This document shows positions 19,702 to 29,438 of a DNA stretch of 64,000 nucleotides, one piece after another. The translations under genes were made by a program, and so were the position numbers. Source of the stretch: a virus; IMG/VR virus record IMGVR_UViG_3300037010_001386, positions 2,860-66,859 of that record; one strand, given 5' to 3'. The number at the start of each line of letters is the position of its first letter. Within the stretch, counting starts at the first letter, position 1. Below the pieces are notes generated by a model. It was given only the letters and a program-made list of their open reading frames with translations. It was not told the DNA's origin and did no database searches.

Positions 19702-19781
19702 AAAACTTGCATTTTAAATTAATATACGTTAATATATTTAAGGTCGAACAAATAAACATACGTGAGGTGTATGTGATTAAT

Positions 19782-19823
19782 AAGAAGGAGATTCCCACTA
19801 ATAAAAAGTGGGATTTTCTTTTT
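19782..19823 (+). terminator. Rho-independent terminator
   Basis: GAGATTCCCACT...AGTGGGATTTTC stem followed by T-tract. Confidence 0.7.
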
Positions 19824-19830
19824 CAATTGA

Positions 19831-19876
19831 CCTGTGCATAACTATCACTTGCAATTAAAATCAAATAATGTATAAT
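19831..19876 (+). promoter_or_regulatory. DnaA-type box plus sigma70-like promoter (TTGCAA-N16-TATAAT)
   Basis: Same 25-nt element as 9590-9614 on the opposite strand. Confidence 0.65.
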
Positions 19877-19882
19877 ATAATT

Positions 19883-20344
19883 ATGAAACATAAAATATTT
19901 GTATTTGTTGTTTTAATCTTAATATTAATTTTACTTTATAAAATAAATATTTTGAACGAAACAAAGAAAACGCAGAAAGAAGAAAATGTATTACAAAATA
20001 AAATAGCAGAAATGAAATCAGATGCACTTGCGAGTTTGCGTAATTGCGAAGCAAATGGATATAAAGTAGATGACGCACCTATTATTTTAGATAGCAATAG
20101 AAAAATGAGTATTGGATTATATATGTTTCAAACTGCAACAATTCAGTTTTATTACAAAACATTATATAATAAAGATATCACAACAAAACAAGCAGTTCTT
20201 ATTGCATTAGATGAAAATTCATCTACACAACTTGCGTCAGATATATTATTTACAACAACAAAGTCATCTAAAAATTGGTTTAATTGTTCTAAAAAAATTA
20301 AACTGCAAAATAAAGTAGATTTAATAAAACAATTAGAAAACTAA
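19883..20344 (+). CDS. Membrane-anchored lysozyme/transglycosylase-like protein
   Basis: N-terminal TM, CEANG, SIGLYMFQTAT, NWFNCS. Confidence 0.55.
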   Translation: MKHKIFVFVVLILILILLYKINILNETKKTQKEENVLQNKIAEMKSDALASLRNCEANGYKVDDAPIILDSNRKMSIGLYMFQTATIQFYYKTLYNKDITTKQAVLIALDENSSTQLASDILFTTTKSSKNWFNCSKKIKLQNKVDLIKQLEN

Positions 20345-20435
20345 AATGAAAGAATTAAAGTAATACCAGAAAAACTAATATAATAAAGACTTGCTTTTCG
20401 CAAAAATATGTGCTACACTTTAATTAAATAAAAAT

Positions 20436-21467
20436 ATGGCAAAAAAAAATGTAGATGATAAAAAAGGGATAGAAGCATTACTTTCTGGATTGCGTAAAAA
20501 ATTTGGAGATGAATCATTAACTATATTTGATAGCACAAAAATTGAAAAAGTAGATGTTATATCTACTGGTTCTTATGCGGTAGATAGAGCATTGATGGTT
20601 GGCGGTTTGCCACGAGGAAGAATAACAGAAATATTCGGACCAGAAAGTTCTGGAAAAACTACATTAGCATTAAGTGTATGTGCTCAAGCACAAAAAAATA
20701 AAAATAGTTTTGTTGCATATATTGATGTGGAAAATGCTCTTGATAAAGATAGAGCATTTCAATTAGGAGTGGATTTGAAAAGAATGATTATTAGTCAACC
20801 ACAAAGTGCAGAAGAAGCATTAAATGTTTTATTGGGATTGGTAGAATCTGGTGAATTTGATGTTGTTGTTGTAGATTCTGTTGCAGCATTAGTTCCTAAT
20901 GTAGAAGCGGAAGGAAATATAGGAGATATGACAATGGGATATATGGCGAAAATGATGGCTCAAACATTGCGTAAATTGACACCAGTTTTGGCAAAAACAA
21001 AAACAGTTGTTATTTTTATAAATCAAATCAGAATGAAAATAGGAGGTGGTGTTTTTATGGGTAATCCAGAAACAACACCAGGCGGAAAAGCATTGCCATA
21101 CGCAGCATCTATTAGAATAGACATTAGAAGAATTGGAACTGTAAAAGACGGAGAGGTTGCTATTGGAAATAATGTTCGTGCAAAAATAGTTAAAAATAAA
21201 GTTGGACCACCATATAGAACTGCAGAATTCTTTTTATTATATGATAAAGGAATATCATACGAAACAGATGTATTTAGTGTTGCATTGAATGAGGGTATTA
21301 TACGAAAAGAAGGACATTCTTATTTCTTAGATGAAGAAAAAATAGCAACAAGTTCAAAAAGTGCAATGGCTGAATTTCAAACAAATCCAGAATTAGTAAA
21401 AAAGGTTGTTGATTTATTGGATAAAAATAAAAAACAAAAAATAGACGAAAACGATGAGAACATTTAA
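20436..21467 (+). CDS. recA: RecA recombinase
   Basis: GGLPRGRITEIFGPESSGKTT, VVDSVAAL, FINQIRMKIG, KNKVGPP; promoter TTGCTT-N17-TACACT at 20391-20419. Confidence 0.96.
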   Translation: MAKKNVDDKKGIEALLSGLRKKFGDESLTIFDSTKIEKVDVISTGSYAVDRALMVGGLPRGRITEIFGPESSGKTTLALSVCAQAQKNKNSFVAYIDVENALDKDRAFQLGVDLKRMIISQPQSAEEALNVLLGLVESGEFDVVVVDSVAALVPNVEAEGNIGDMTMGYMAKMMAQTLRKLTPVLAKTKTVVIFINQIRMKIGGGVFMGNPETTPGGKALPYAASIRIDIRRIGTVKDGEVAIGNNVRAKIVKNKVGPPYRTAEFFLLYDKGISYETDVFSVALNEGIIRKEGHSYFLDEEKIATSSKSAMAEFQTNPELVKKVVDLLDKNKKQKIDENDENI

Positions 21468-21816
21468 AACTGGTGCTACAAGAGATGACGCAGAAAATAA
21501 AATAGATTATGAAGGTTTTTTATCTCCAAAGGTATTAGAAAGATACGGGAAATATATGCTTAAACATCAAATTCAATCGGACGGACAATTAAGGGCTTCT
21601 GATAATTGGCAAAAAGGCATAGATAAATCAGCTTATGTAAAATCTCTAATCAGACATACAATACAATTTTGGGGCGTAGAAAGAGGCGAAGAGATGCGAG
21701 ATGATAAAGGAAATCTCATTGATAAACAAGAAGCTTTATGTGCTATTTTATTCAATGCGATGGGCTATTTATATGAAGATTTAAAAGAAAAAAATATATG
21801 CAAAAAAAGGGATTAA
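21454..21816 (+). CDS. dATP/dGTP diphosphohydrolase-like (DUF5664-type) protein
   Basis: FKTGATRD, KIDYEGFLSP, NWQKG, SLIRH, AILFNA. Confidence 0.65.
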   Translation: MRTFKTGATRDDAENKIDYEGFLSPKVLERYGKYMLKHQIQSDGQLRASDNWQKGIDKSAYVKSLIRHTIQFWGVERGEEMRDDKGNLIDKQEALCAILFNAMGYLYEDLKEKNICKKRD

Positions 21817-23069
21817 AAATTCTCAGTCTCTTTGATGGAATGTCGGTCGCACAGCAAGCATTAAAAAATGCAGGGATTAAAGTTGATGCTTATTATGCCA
21901 GTGAGATTGACCCATACGCAATAGCAACGACACAGAGCAATTTTCCTGATACAATACAATTAGGAGATGTTAAAGATTTAGCTAACGAATTAGAAAAGAT
22001 AAATAGGGAATGGACAAAAGACATAGATTTAATGATTGGTGGCAGTCCGTGCCAAGATTTATCAATTGCCAAGAAAGGCAGAGAAGGATTAAATGGTTCT
22101 CGCTCAGGATTATTCTGGGATTATGTTCGTATTCTCAAAGAAGTTAAACCAAAGTATTTTATATTAGAGAATGTTAATTCAATGCCAAAAGAAGCAAAAG
22201 AACTTATAACAGAAACTTTATGGGGAATTGAACCTGTTATGATAAATGCTGCTTTAGTTTCTGCTCAAAATAGGAAGCGTCTATTCTGGGTGGGCAAACT
22301 GGACGAATTCGGAACTTATAAGAAAGTGGAAATACTACAGCCAGAGGATAAAGGTATTTTACTGAAAGATATTTTAGAAGAGAATGTTGATGAAAAATAT
22401 ATTTTAAATGATAGTACGATAAAAGAACTTCATAGAACTTCTTATGGTGCGAAAGAAGTTCAAACAAAGGCGAATACAATCCGCATAGGTTCTTTCAATT
22501 CGGGCGGTCAAGCTGATAGAGTGTATTCTACTAATGGAAAATCTACAACTTTATCAGCAAATGGTGGTGGCAGGGGTGCAAAGACAGGATTATATCAAAT
22601 CGGTTATATTGATGGAAAAAATTATCAGGGTAAAAGAGTTTATTCCACTGAAGGAAAATCTGTGACACTTCAAGCGGGAACATCTGCTGGTGGTGAATAT
22701 GGACAAAGAACTGGGTTATATTACATTTCAAAGACTGGAGTTAAAAGTGAAATTGTGGGTAATAAATTGCTGAATAGCGAAAATAAAACACACCAACAAG
22801 ATTTATTGCAAAATACCGAAGGCAAATGTAGGACAATACCAGCTGGTACACACGGTTCAACTCCTCATCTATTAAAAACAATAATGTCAGATAATACAAT
22901 CCGCAAACTAACTCCGATAGAATGTCTCAGATTACAATCAATGCCAGACGATTATTTTGATAAAGCAATTTATAAAGGGAAACCAATATCAAATAGTCAA
23001 AGATATAAAATGGTAGGAAACGCTTTTAATTGTAAAGTCGTAGAACATATAATTAGATCTTTAAAATAA
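21798..23069 (+). CDS. C5-cytosine DNA methyltransferase
   Basis: LFDGMS, GGSPCQD, ENV, QNRKRLFW, LTPIECLRLQ, GNAF; repeated RVYSxxGKSxTL in the TRD region. Confidence 0.93.
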   Translation: MQKKGLKILSLFDGMSVAQQALKNAGIKVDAYYASEIDPYAIATTQSNFPDTIQLGDVKDLANELEKINREWTKDIDLMIGGSPCQDLSIAKKGREGLNGSRSGLFWDYVRILKEVKPKYFILENVNSMPKEAKELITETLWGIEPVMINAALVSAQNRKRLFWVGKLDEFGTYKKVEILQPEDKGILLKDILEENVDEKYILNDSTIKELHRTSYGAKEVQTKANTIRIGSFNSGGQADRVYSTNGKSTTLSANGGGRGAKTGLYQIGYIDGKNYQGKRVYSTEGKSVTLQAGTSAGGEYGQRTGLYYISKTGVKSEIVGNKLLNSENKTHQQDLLQNTEGKCRTIPAGTHGSTPHLLKTIMSDNTIRKLTPIECLRLQSMPDDYFDKAIYKGKPISNSQRYKMVGNAFNCKVVEHIIRSLK

Positions 23070-23073
23070 AACT

Positions 23074-23334
23074 ATGAAACTTTTAATAGACGAAATAAAC
23101 AGAAAAGCAATGATAGAATTCAATCACGATGATTTTGTTATTATTCCATCAGATGACGAATCAAAGGGAGATTATGCTTTGGCGTGGAAAATAGATAGAA
23201 GTTATTCTGGTAAAGATTCAGATATTGGAAGTCCTGCTATTTATATTACAGAAGATGAAGCTAAAAAATTAAAGTCGATTTTAGATGGATTGGATTTGCC
23301 AGATTATTTTTACGAATATGAAAACAATAGATGA
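23074..23334 (+). CDS. Hypothetical protein
   Basis: 86-aa ORF between methyltransferases. Confidence 0.6.
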   Translation: MKLLIDEINRKAMIEFNHDDFVIIPSDDESKGDYALAWKIDRSYSGKDSDIGSPAIYITEDEAKKLKSILDGLDLPDYFYEYENNR

Positions 23335-24628
23335 ATTTAAAAATAAAATAATTTGTGGTGATTGTATTGATGTAATGAAGGAAATAGATGATAATTCTAT
23401 TGATACAATAGTAACTGACTCTCCTTATGGATTATCTTTTATGGGTAAGGAGTGGGATAATTTTGGCACAGATTTAAGAAAGTTTCAAGAGTGGACAAGG
23501 TTATGGGCTGTTGAAGCTATAAGAGTAGCAAAACCTGGAGCAACTATGCTTTGTTTTGGTGGAACACGCACTTGGCATCGGTTAGCTTGTGGGTTAGAAG
23601 ACGCTGGGTGGCAAATAAAAGATACTGTGATGTGGTTATATGGACAAGGATTTCCAAAATCGTTGGATATTGGAAAAGGTGTGGATAAGTTACAAGGAAA
23701 TAAGAGAGAAGTTATTGGGAGTAAAACTTATGGTTATCAGGTATCAATTTCTAAAAGTAGAGTAGAACAGGGGTATAGACCAAATCTTACAAATTCAACG
23801 AATGAAGTTATTATTAATAAAGGTAATTCCGAATGGGAAGGATATGGAACCGCTCTTAAACCAGCTTGGGAACCAATAATAATGGCGATGAAACCGAATG
23901 AAGGTTCTTATGTCAACAATGCGTTGAAATGGGGGGTAGCAGGGCTGAATATAGATGAAAGTAGAATAAATCATAATGAAAATTTAGCAGTAGAAAGAAA
24001 CGAAAATAAAAAATTAGACACACAAGGACAGGGTTGGGGATTTAAAGCAGTCAGTAGAGGTAATCAAGGTCGTTTCCCGTCAAATTTAATTTTAGAATGT
24101 ACTTGTGATAATGTGATAGAAGGGAGAGAGGAAGTAAAAGAACCAGAAGAAGTGAAAGGTGGAATATGGCATAAGTCAGAAGACAAACCAGCAGGGAGAA
24201 CTTATAAAGGGACTAGAACAATTCATACAAATCCAGAGTGTCCTTGTTATATGTTAGATGAACAACAAAAAGGTGTCTCTCGTTTCTTCTATATAGCGAA
24301 AGTAAGTAAAAGCGAAAGGAATATGGGGTGCGAGGCGTTGGAGGACAAAGAAGGAATAAGAACAAATGTTTCAAGAGAAAACGAAAATAAAAAAATTTCA
24401 GCAAGAAAAAACAACCACCCAACAGTCAAACCTTTGAAACTTATGGAATATCTTGTTAGATTAGTAACTCCTCCAAATGGGATAGTATTAGACCCATTTT
24501 TAGGTTCAGGAACAACGGCAATGGCTTGCAAAGCGGAGGGATTTAATTTTATTGGAATAGAAAAAGAACCTGAATATGTTAAAATCGCTGAAGCAAGAAT
24601 TAAAGCAATACCAAAAAAACTAATATAA
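23318..24628 (+). CDS. Beta-class amino (N6-A/N4-C) DNA methyltransferase
   Basis: VTDSPYG before HPTVKP and LDPFLGSGTT. Confidence 0.9.
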   Translation: MKTIDEFKNKIICGDCIDVMKEIDDNSIDTIVTDSPYGLSFMGKEWDNFGTDLRKFQEWTRLWAVEAIRVAKPGATMLCFGGTRTWHRLACGLEDAGWQIKDTVMWLYGQGFPKSLDIGKGVDKLQGNKREVIGSKTYGYQVSISKSRVEQGYRPNLTNSTNEVIINKGNSEWEGYGTALKPAWEPIIMAMKPNEGSYVNNALKWGVAGLNIDESRINHNENLAVERNENKKLDTQGQGWGFKAVSRGNQGRFPSNLILECTCDNVIEGREEVKEPEEVKGGIWHKSEDKPAGRTYKGTRTIHTNPECPCYMLDEQQKGVSRFFYIAKVSKSERNMGCEALEDKEGIRTNVSRENENKKISARKNNHPTVKPLKLMEYLVRLVTPPNGIVLDPFLGSGTTAMACKAEGFNFIGIEKEPEYVKIAEARIKAIPKKLI

Positions 24629-24633
24629 ATTTA

Positions 24634-25002
24634 ATGAAAAGATCTCGAAACAATTTTGATACAGAACAGATTGCTAAATATTATGTAGACGCTACTGCTT
24701 GTTGGTGGTGTCAAATAACAAAACCTAATGACGAACTTCATTGGAATTATGGAAATGCTCTTCATCATATTTTAGGGAGAAGAGGACATTTTAATAATTC
24801 AATTTTAAACTCTTTCTTTATTAATAATGAAAAATGCCATATACCAAATCATCCAATATTAATGAAAAAAGAAAATCAAATAAAAATGTTAGAAAAAACA
24901 TTACAATGGTTATATGAGCATAATTATGTTATGAATGATGATGATTATGGTTTTATAGAAGAACATAAAGATTATTATGAGTCTATTTTAAAAATGGATT
25001 AG
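24634..25002 (+). CDS. HNH-like zinc-binding protein
   Basis: CWWC, LHHILGRR, CH. Confidence 0.5.
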   Translation: MKRSRNNFDTEQIAKYYVDATACWWCQITKPNDELHWNYGNALHHILGRRGHFNNSILNSFFINNEKCHIPNHPILMKKENQIKMLEKTLQWLYEHNYVMNDDDYGFIEEHKDYYESILKMD

Positions 25003-25017
25003 GAATTTTAGTAAAAA

Positions 25018-25824
25018 ATGAAAAAAATATCAGTTATAATACCGTGTTTGGGATTATGGAATGAATATACAAAACAATGTATAGATAGTTTGTATTCTGA
25101 TAAAAATAAATTATCTATTGTTTTAATAGATAATAATAGCCAAGATGAAACTGCAATTGAATTTGCTAAATTAAAAGATACAGATAAGAAAGAATATCAT
25201 TATATTCATAACGATAATAATAATGGTTGTTCTTCTGCGTGGAATCAGGGAATAAAATATGATAAAGCAGATTATTATTTTGTTATAAATAATGATACTT
25301 TATTTAATAAATATGCAATAGATAACTTGGTTGATTATTTAGATTCTGCTGATAATACGATAGTTATGGCGACTTGTTGTGATATGAGAGATAGTATTAA
25401 ACCGCAAGAAATTATTAATTTAGAAAAAATAATTGGTATAGAAAATAAAGAATTGCCAGATTTTTCTGCGTTTATGATTAGTCAGAATTGTATAGATAAA
25501 GTTGGTTGGTTTGACGAGGGATTTTCTTATTTTGGAAAGGCTTATTTTGAGGATAATGATTTTGCGTTGCGTATTAAATTATCTAATTTATTAGCAATGA
25601 ATATTTCTGATGCTCCTTATTATCATTTTGGGTCAAAGACACAGAGTGTTGTTTCTGCTGGATTTGAGATAAATCATAAATACTTTAAATTGAAATGGGG
25701 CTGTGATACTGATTATGTAGGCTGTTATAAAAATCCATTTAATGATGTAAAAAATGATTTAAAATGGGTATGGCAAAATGAGACACAAGAAGCAAGAGAT
25801 AGTATATGCAAATTGTTGCATTAA
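25018..25824 (+). CDS. Glycosyltransferase family 2
   Basis: ISVIIP, IDNNSQD, AWNQG, NNDT, FDEGF, EDNDF. Confidence 0.88.
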   Translation: MKKISVIIPCLGLWNEYTKQCIDSLYSDKNKLSIVLIDNNSQDETAIEFAKLKDTDKKEYHYIHNDNNNGCSSAWNQGIKYDKADYYFVINNDTLFNKYAIDNLVDYLDSADNTIVMATCCDMRDSIKPQEIINLEKIIGIENKELPDFSAFMISQNCIDKVGWFDEGFSYFGKAYFEDNDFALRIKLSNLLAMNISDAPYYHFGSKTQSVVSAGFEINHKYFKLKWGCDTDYVGCYKNPFNDVKNDLKWVWQNETQEARDSICKLLH

Positions 25825-25870
25825 GGACTTGCTTTTTGCAAAAAAGTGTGCTAAACTGAAATAGTTAAAT

Positions 25871-26425
25871 ATGAATGAAAAAACAGAAAGTGAGTTATTA
25901 ACAAAAAGTTCAGAGATTTTAGAAAATTCAAATAAAATAATAGCTCTTTTGAATGATTTTAAAAAGAGCAATGAAATGAAATCTATGGAAATGCTTTCGT
26001 GGGCAAAGCAATTTCATATAATGTTAGAATCTGAATATGCAAAAGGAGCACAGGGTAATGTGTTCGCTATTTTGTTTCTTAATAAAAATACAGAAGAAAG
26101 GAGATTAATTCAGGTCGTTGCAAGTGATTTTGAAAAGGCTTATGCGTTATCCATTAGGGCTATAAATGGGTCGATGGATAGTCCTCCATCTGATTGGGTA
26201 ATAGAAACTTATACAAAACAATCAGTTCCAATAGATGAAAAATTATTAGAAAATATAAATAAAAAAGTAAATAATATAGAAAGACCTCTTGAATCTTACA
26301 TTAATTCATTAGAACTTGCAAGAGACAGATGGGCGAGAGGCATTACACAAAAAAAAGTAATAAATGTAATAATAAAAAAAATAAAAAAATATGGAAGAGA
26401 AAAATATGCAATATCCGTGGATTAA
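25871..26425 (+). CDS. Hypothetical protein
   Basis: 184-aa ORF behind promoter TTGCTT-N17-TAAACT (25829-25857). Confidence 0.65.
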   Translation: MNEKTESELLTKSSEILENSNKIIALLNDFKKSNEMKSMEMLSWAKQFHIMLESEYAKGAQGNVFAILFLNKNTEERRLIQVVASDFEKAYALSIRAINGSMDSPPSDWVIETYTKQSVPIDEKLLENINKKVNNIERPLESYINSLELARDRWARGITQKKVINVIIKKIKKYGREKYAISVD

Positions 26426-27179
26426 TACAGTAGCTCCTGAACAAAAGGTTGCTATTATTGTTCCTTTATACGGATATTTTAAAGATTTAAAAGAGAGAGA
26501 ACTTGGAAAGGATACGCTAGAATTATTAGCAAGAGATTTGCAAACATCTTCTGTTAAAAATTATATTATATTTGTAGCAGAAAGTAAAAGACTTACAAAA
26601 GATGTTAAAAACTTTTTAACAGTTAAATTTGCAAGTGGAAATGTTAAAGCAATAGAAGTTGAAGAGTTTGCTTCATATAATCAATATATAGAAGAGGGAA
26701 TAGATTGTGCGTTGAATGATACAGATGCCAATTTTATTGTTGTTGCTAATCCGTGGATAACATTAAGAAGCGGAGAGATAGATGGATTAATAGGTAAATT
26801 GAATATAGGAGATGCAAGTATTATTAGCGGATTTGATGTTAGGTCAATTGGTGTTAGTGATGAAGAATTTGATGGATATGTTTTTCCAGCACCAAGAGCT
26901 ATGCCAGGATTTAATTATAATTTCTGGGGAACAACAAGACAAATGGCTCAGATGTTTAGTATAGATATTGATTTCAAAACTAGATATTTTACAGAAGACG
27001 ATTTTTATCAGACATTTGTTCGTAATAATTTTGTAACAGAAACAAGTCAATATTTCCCAATATATACATTACCAGTTGATTGGAAAATTTTAGAATCTGA
27101 AAAAGATTTCTTTGAAGATGGACAGCGATTTATAGATAAATGGCATTTTATGCCAGAAAAAGTAATAAAAAGAGATTAA
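26391..27179 (+). CDS. Degenerate GT2-fold protein
   Basis: VAIIVP, EEGIDCAL, IDIDF..YFTEDDF, FIDKW; the DxD position reads NPW. Confidence 0.55.
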   Translation: MEEKNMQYPWINTVAPEQKVAIIVPLYGYFKDLKERELGKDTLELLARDLQTSSVKNYIIFVAESKRLTKDVKNFLTVKFASGNVKAIEVEEFASYNQYIEEGIDCALNDTDANFIVVANPWITLRSGEIDGLIGKLNIGDASIISGFDVRSIGVSDEEFDGYVFPAPRAMPGFNYNFWGTTRQMAQMFSIDIDFKTRYFTEDDFYQTFVRNNFVTETSQYFPIYTLPVDWKILESEKDFFEDGQRFIDKWHFMPEKVIKRD

Positions 27180-27180
27180 A

Positions 27181-27966
27181 ATGAAAAAAGAGCTAATTAA
27201 AAAGGAAGATAAAGTAATAAAAGTTCCAGACGATGCAGATGTTAAAAATATGGGTATTAATGCAATAACTGGAGAACCTTTTATTATTCCAAAAGATAAT
27301 GACGAATGGATTAAAAATAGAGAGATAGATAAAGATGGTTCATCTATTATCATTACCCCAAGTGGAAAAAAACTTGAACTTAAAAGAAGAGGAGTTGACG
27401 CTAAAGAACTTGGTGCAATTATGTTAAGCGATGATTTAACAAAAGATGAAAAGAATAAAGCAGTTAGTCAGTATATTGCACAGGAATTTTCAGATAATGG
27501 AATGTTTGTTGCTGAGATATTTCAATCTCGTGGCACTTATACAAAAGAAGCAAGACATTTTTATTCGCAGATGAGGTTTGATTTTGAGAATTTTGCTGGT
27601 ATATTTCAAAGATTTTTAGAAGATAGAGCAAAATCAATTATAAAATTACTTGAATTATCAAAAAGCGAGATTGAAAAGATAATAAAAGATTTGCCAAAAG
27701 TTAAAGGAGATATTCACGAAGCACTTTTGAAATCTGGGATAATAATGGAAAAGTCGCAAGAAATCTTATTAGAATTTGCAATTGCTTGTTTAAATGAGTC
27801 TGATGCATTGAAAGATGGAATAGATAGACTAACAAAAGAAAGAGAAAGATTAAAGGGTGGCGGTAGTTACATTTCTAAAAATGGAAATGTTTACAATCTT
27901 AATGATATAGATATTGCAGAAGTGGTTCAAAAAGAATGGGAAGAAAATCAAAAAAATAATAAATAA
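27181..27966 (+). CDS. Hypothetical protein
   Basis: 261-aa ORF in operon. Confidence 0.7.
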   Translation: MKKELIKKEDKVIKVPDDADVKNMGINAITGEPFIIPKDNDEWIKNREIDKDGSSIIITPSGKKLELKRRGVDAKELGAIMLSDDLTKDEKNKAVSQYIAQEFSDNGMFVAEIFQSRGTYTKEARHFYSQMRFDFENFAGIFQRFLEDRAKSIIKLLELSKSEIEKIIKDLPKVKGDIHEALLKSGIIMEKSQEILLEFAIACLNESDALKDGIDRLTKERERLKGGGSYISKNGNVYNLNDIDIAEVVQKEWEENQKNNK

Positions 27967-27970
27967 AAAT

Positions 27971-28198
27971 ATGACAAAAGAAGACGAAATAGTTTTTGGT
28001 AAAGTATTTTTAGAAAAACAGATAGAAGAGGCAAAAGAAAATTTGTTAAAATTAAAATTACAAGAAAGATATTTAAATTATAAATATGCATCTGCAAAAT
28101 CTGGGAAGCCAAATATCGAAGAGAATTTAAAATATATCTCACGGTCGATTGATGATATAAAAGATTTTATAGATTATCTAAAATTATTAGAACAATAA
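27971..28198 (+). CDS. Hypothetical coiled-coil protein
   Basis: Start at MTKEDE. Confidence 0.6.
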   Translation: MTKEDEIVFGKVFLEKQIEEAKENLLKLKLQERYLNYKYASAKSGKPNIEENLKYISRSIDDIKDFIDYLKLLEQ

Positions 28199-28200
28199 TT

Positions 28201-28551
28201 ATGGCACAGAATGAAAAAAAATTAAAAACATATTTTTTATGTGAAGCGTGTGGGAAATATCATCCAGAAGATGAATGTGAAGAAGTGTATATTAAAATTA
28301 TTAAAGGGAAGAATTGTGTTCTTAATCTTAGTAAGGATTATACATTTACATCGAAAGATGATGCAATATCTCACATAACAACACCAGAACAGGATTTGAA
28401 ACAAGATATGTCGATAAATAAAAGTATTATACCATCTGGATTAAAAAAACGACACGCAGGAGGGGATATTCCATTGATTCCAGCAGCAGGAAATGGAAAT
28501 GGAGCAAGAGGGAATATTTCACCTGCAAGTGTTTTTACACCTCCAGTTTAA
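28201..28551 (+). CDS. Hypothetical protein with CxxC motif
   Basis: CEACGKYH..C. Confidence 0.6.
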   Translation: MAQNEKKLKTYFLCEACGKYHPEDECEEVYIKIIKGKNCVLNLSKDYTFTSKDDAISHITTPEQDLKQDMSINKSIIPSGLKKRHAGGDIPLIPAAGNGNGARGNISPASVFTPPV

Positions 28552-28555
28552 AAAT

Positions 28556-29128
28556 ATGACAAAAAAACACGCACCGATTGAAAAATTAAGAGAGGCAAAA
28601 AAAGAGGCTGATAGGTTGATGATTGACAAGTATAAGGTAAGAGCGAAAGAAAGTGTCATCGATACTATTGAAGCTACACATGGAGAAGTTACACTTCCTG
28701 GCATACCATCTTATTTACCATTTCCTTGGACAATAAATGCAACGAGAAGGATTTTATACGACATAGCAAGATTGTGGCAATTACATACAGAAAAAGAAAA
28801 TTTAAAATCAGAAGATGTAACAGAGTTTTTTAAATTCGTATTAAATGAACTTCGAGAAACTACTGGCATAATAGAACAACTTATGGCAAAAACAGTTAGA
28901 GATAAAAAGTTTGATACACGTTATTTACATCAAAGAGAGGCTGTAGCTGGTGTAAAGAAATTTCTTGTTGATAGTTTTGCCGTATCTGTTTTAGAAAAAC
29001 AAAATTCATCAGTTTCTGATTATTTGGAATGGTTTTTTGATTGGACAGATTCTTTACTTGCAAAATATGCGGAACGATCTAGGTCGATAGATGGTAAGAC
29101 AAAAAGTGGAATAATATTACCTAAATAA
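28556..29128 (+). CDS. Hypothetical protein
   Basis: Start at MTKKHA; ends TKSGIILP. Confidence 0.65.
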   Translation: MTKKHAPIEKLREAKKEADRLMIDKYKVRAKESVIDTIEATHGEVTLPGIPSYLPFPWTINATRRILYDIARLWQLHTEKENLKSEDVTEFFKFVLNELRETTGIIEQLMAKTVRDKKFDTRYLHQREAVAGVKKFLVDSFAVSVLEKQNSSVSDYLEWFFDWTDSLLAKYAERSRSIDGKTKSGIILPK

Positions 29129-29397
29129 TGCAAGAATGGCAGAATGTAAATATTGATAATATTTCTTTAGAAGATGCAGATGAAATGGATTTGCCTTTAC
29201 AGGATTTGGATTCTACAATAAATGTAGAGATGTTCATTTTTAGTATAAAAAACAGAGATTTGGTGAAAATCTTATTATTAAGAGCACTTGGATTAAGTCA
29301 TAAGGAGATTATAAAGATTATCAATATAAATAATAATGTATATTATTCGTTACTGAATGAACTTAAAAAGGAGTTCATTGCATTTATGGACTATTAA
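29128..29397 (+). CDS. Sigma70 region-4/LuxR-like HTH protein, candidate late regulator
   Basis: ILLLRALGLSHKEIIKIINI...VY; last gene before the portal promoter. Confidence 0.5.
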   Translation: MQEWQNVNIDNISLEDADEMDLPLQDLDSTINVEMFIFSIKNRDLVKILLLRALGLSHKEIIKIININNNVYYSLLNELKKEFIAFMDY

Positions 29398-29424
29398 AAA
29401 AATAGTGCATTTTTTGTGTATAAT
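29396..29424 (+). promoter_or_regulatory. Late-type promoter for portal
   Basis: AAAAAAATAGTGCATTTTTTGTGTATAAT. Confidence 0.7.
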
Positions 29425-29438
29425 TAAGATATAAAATT

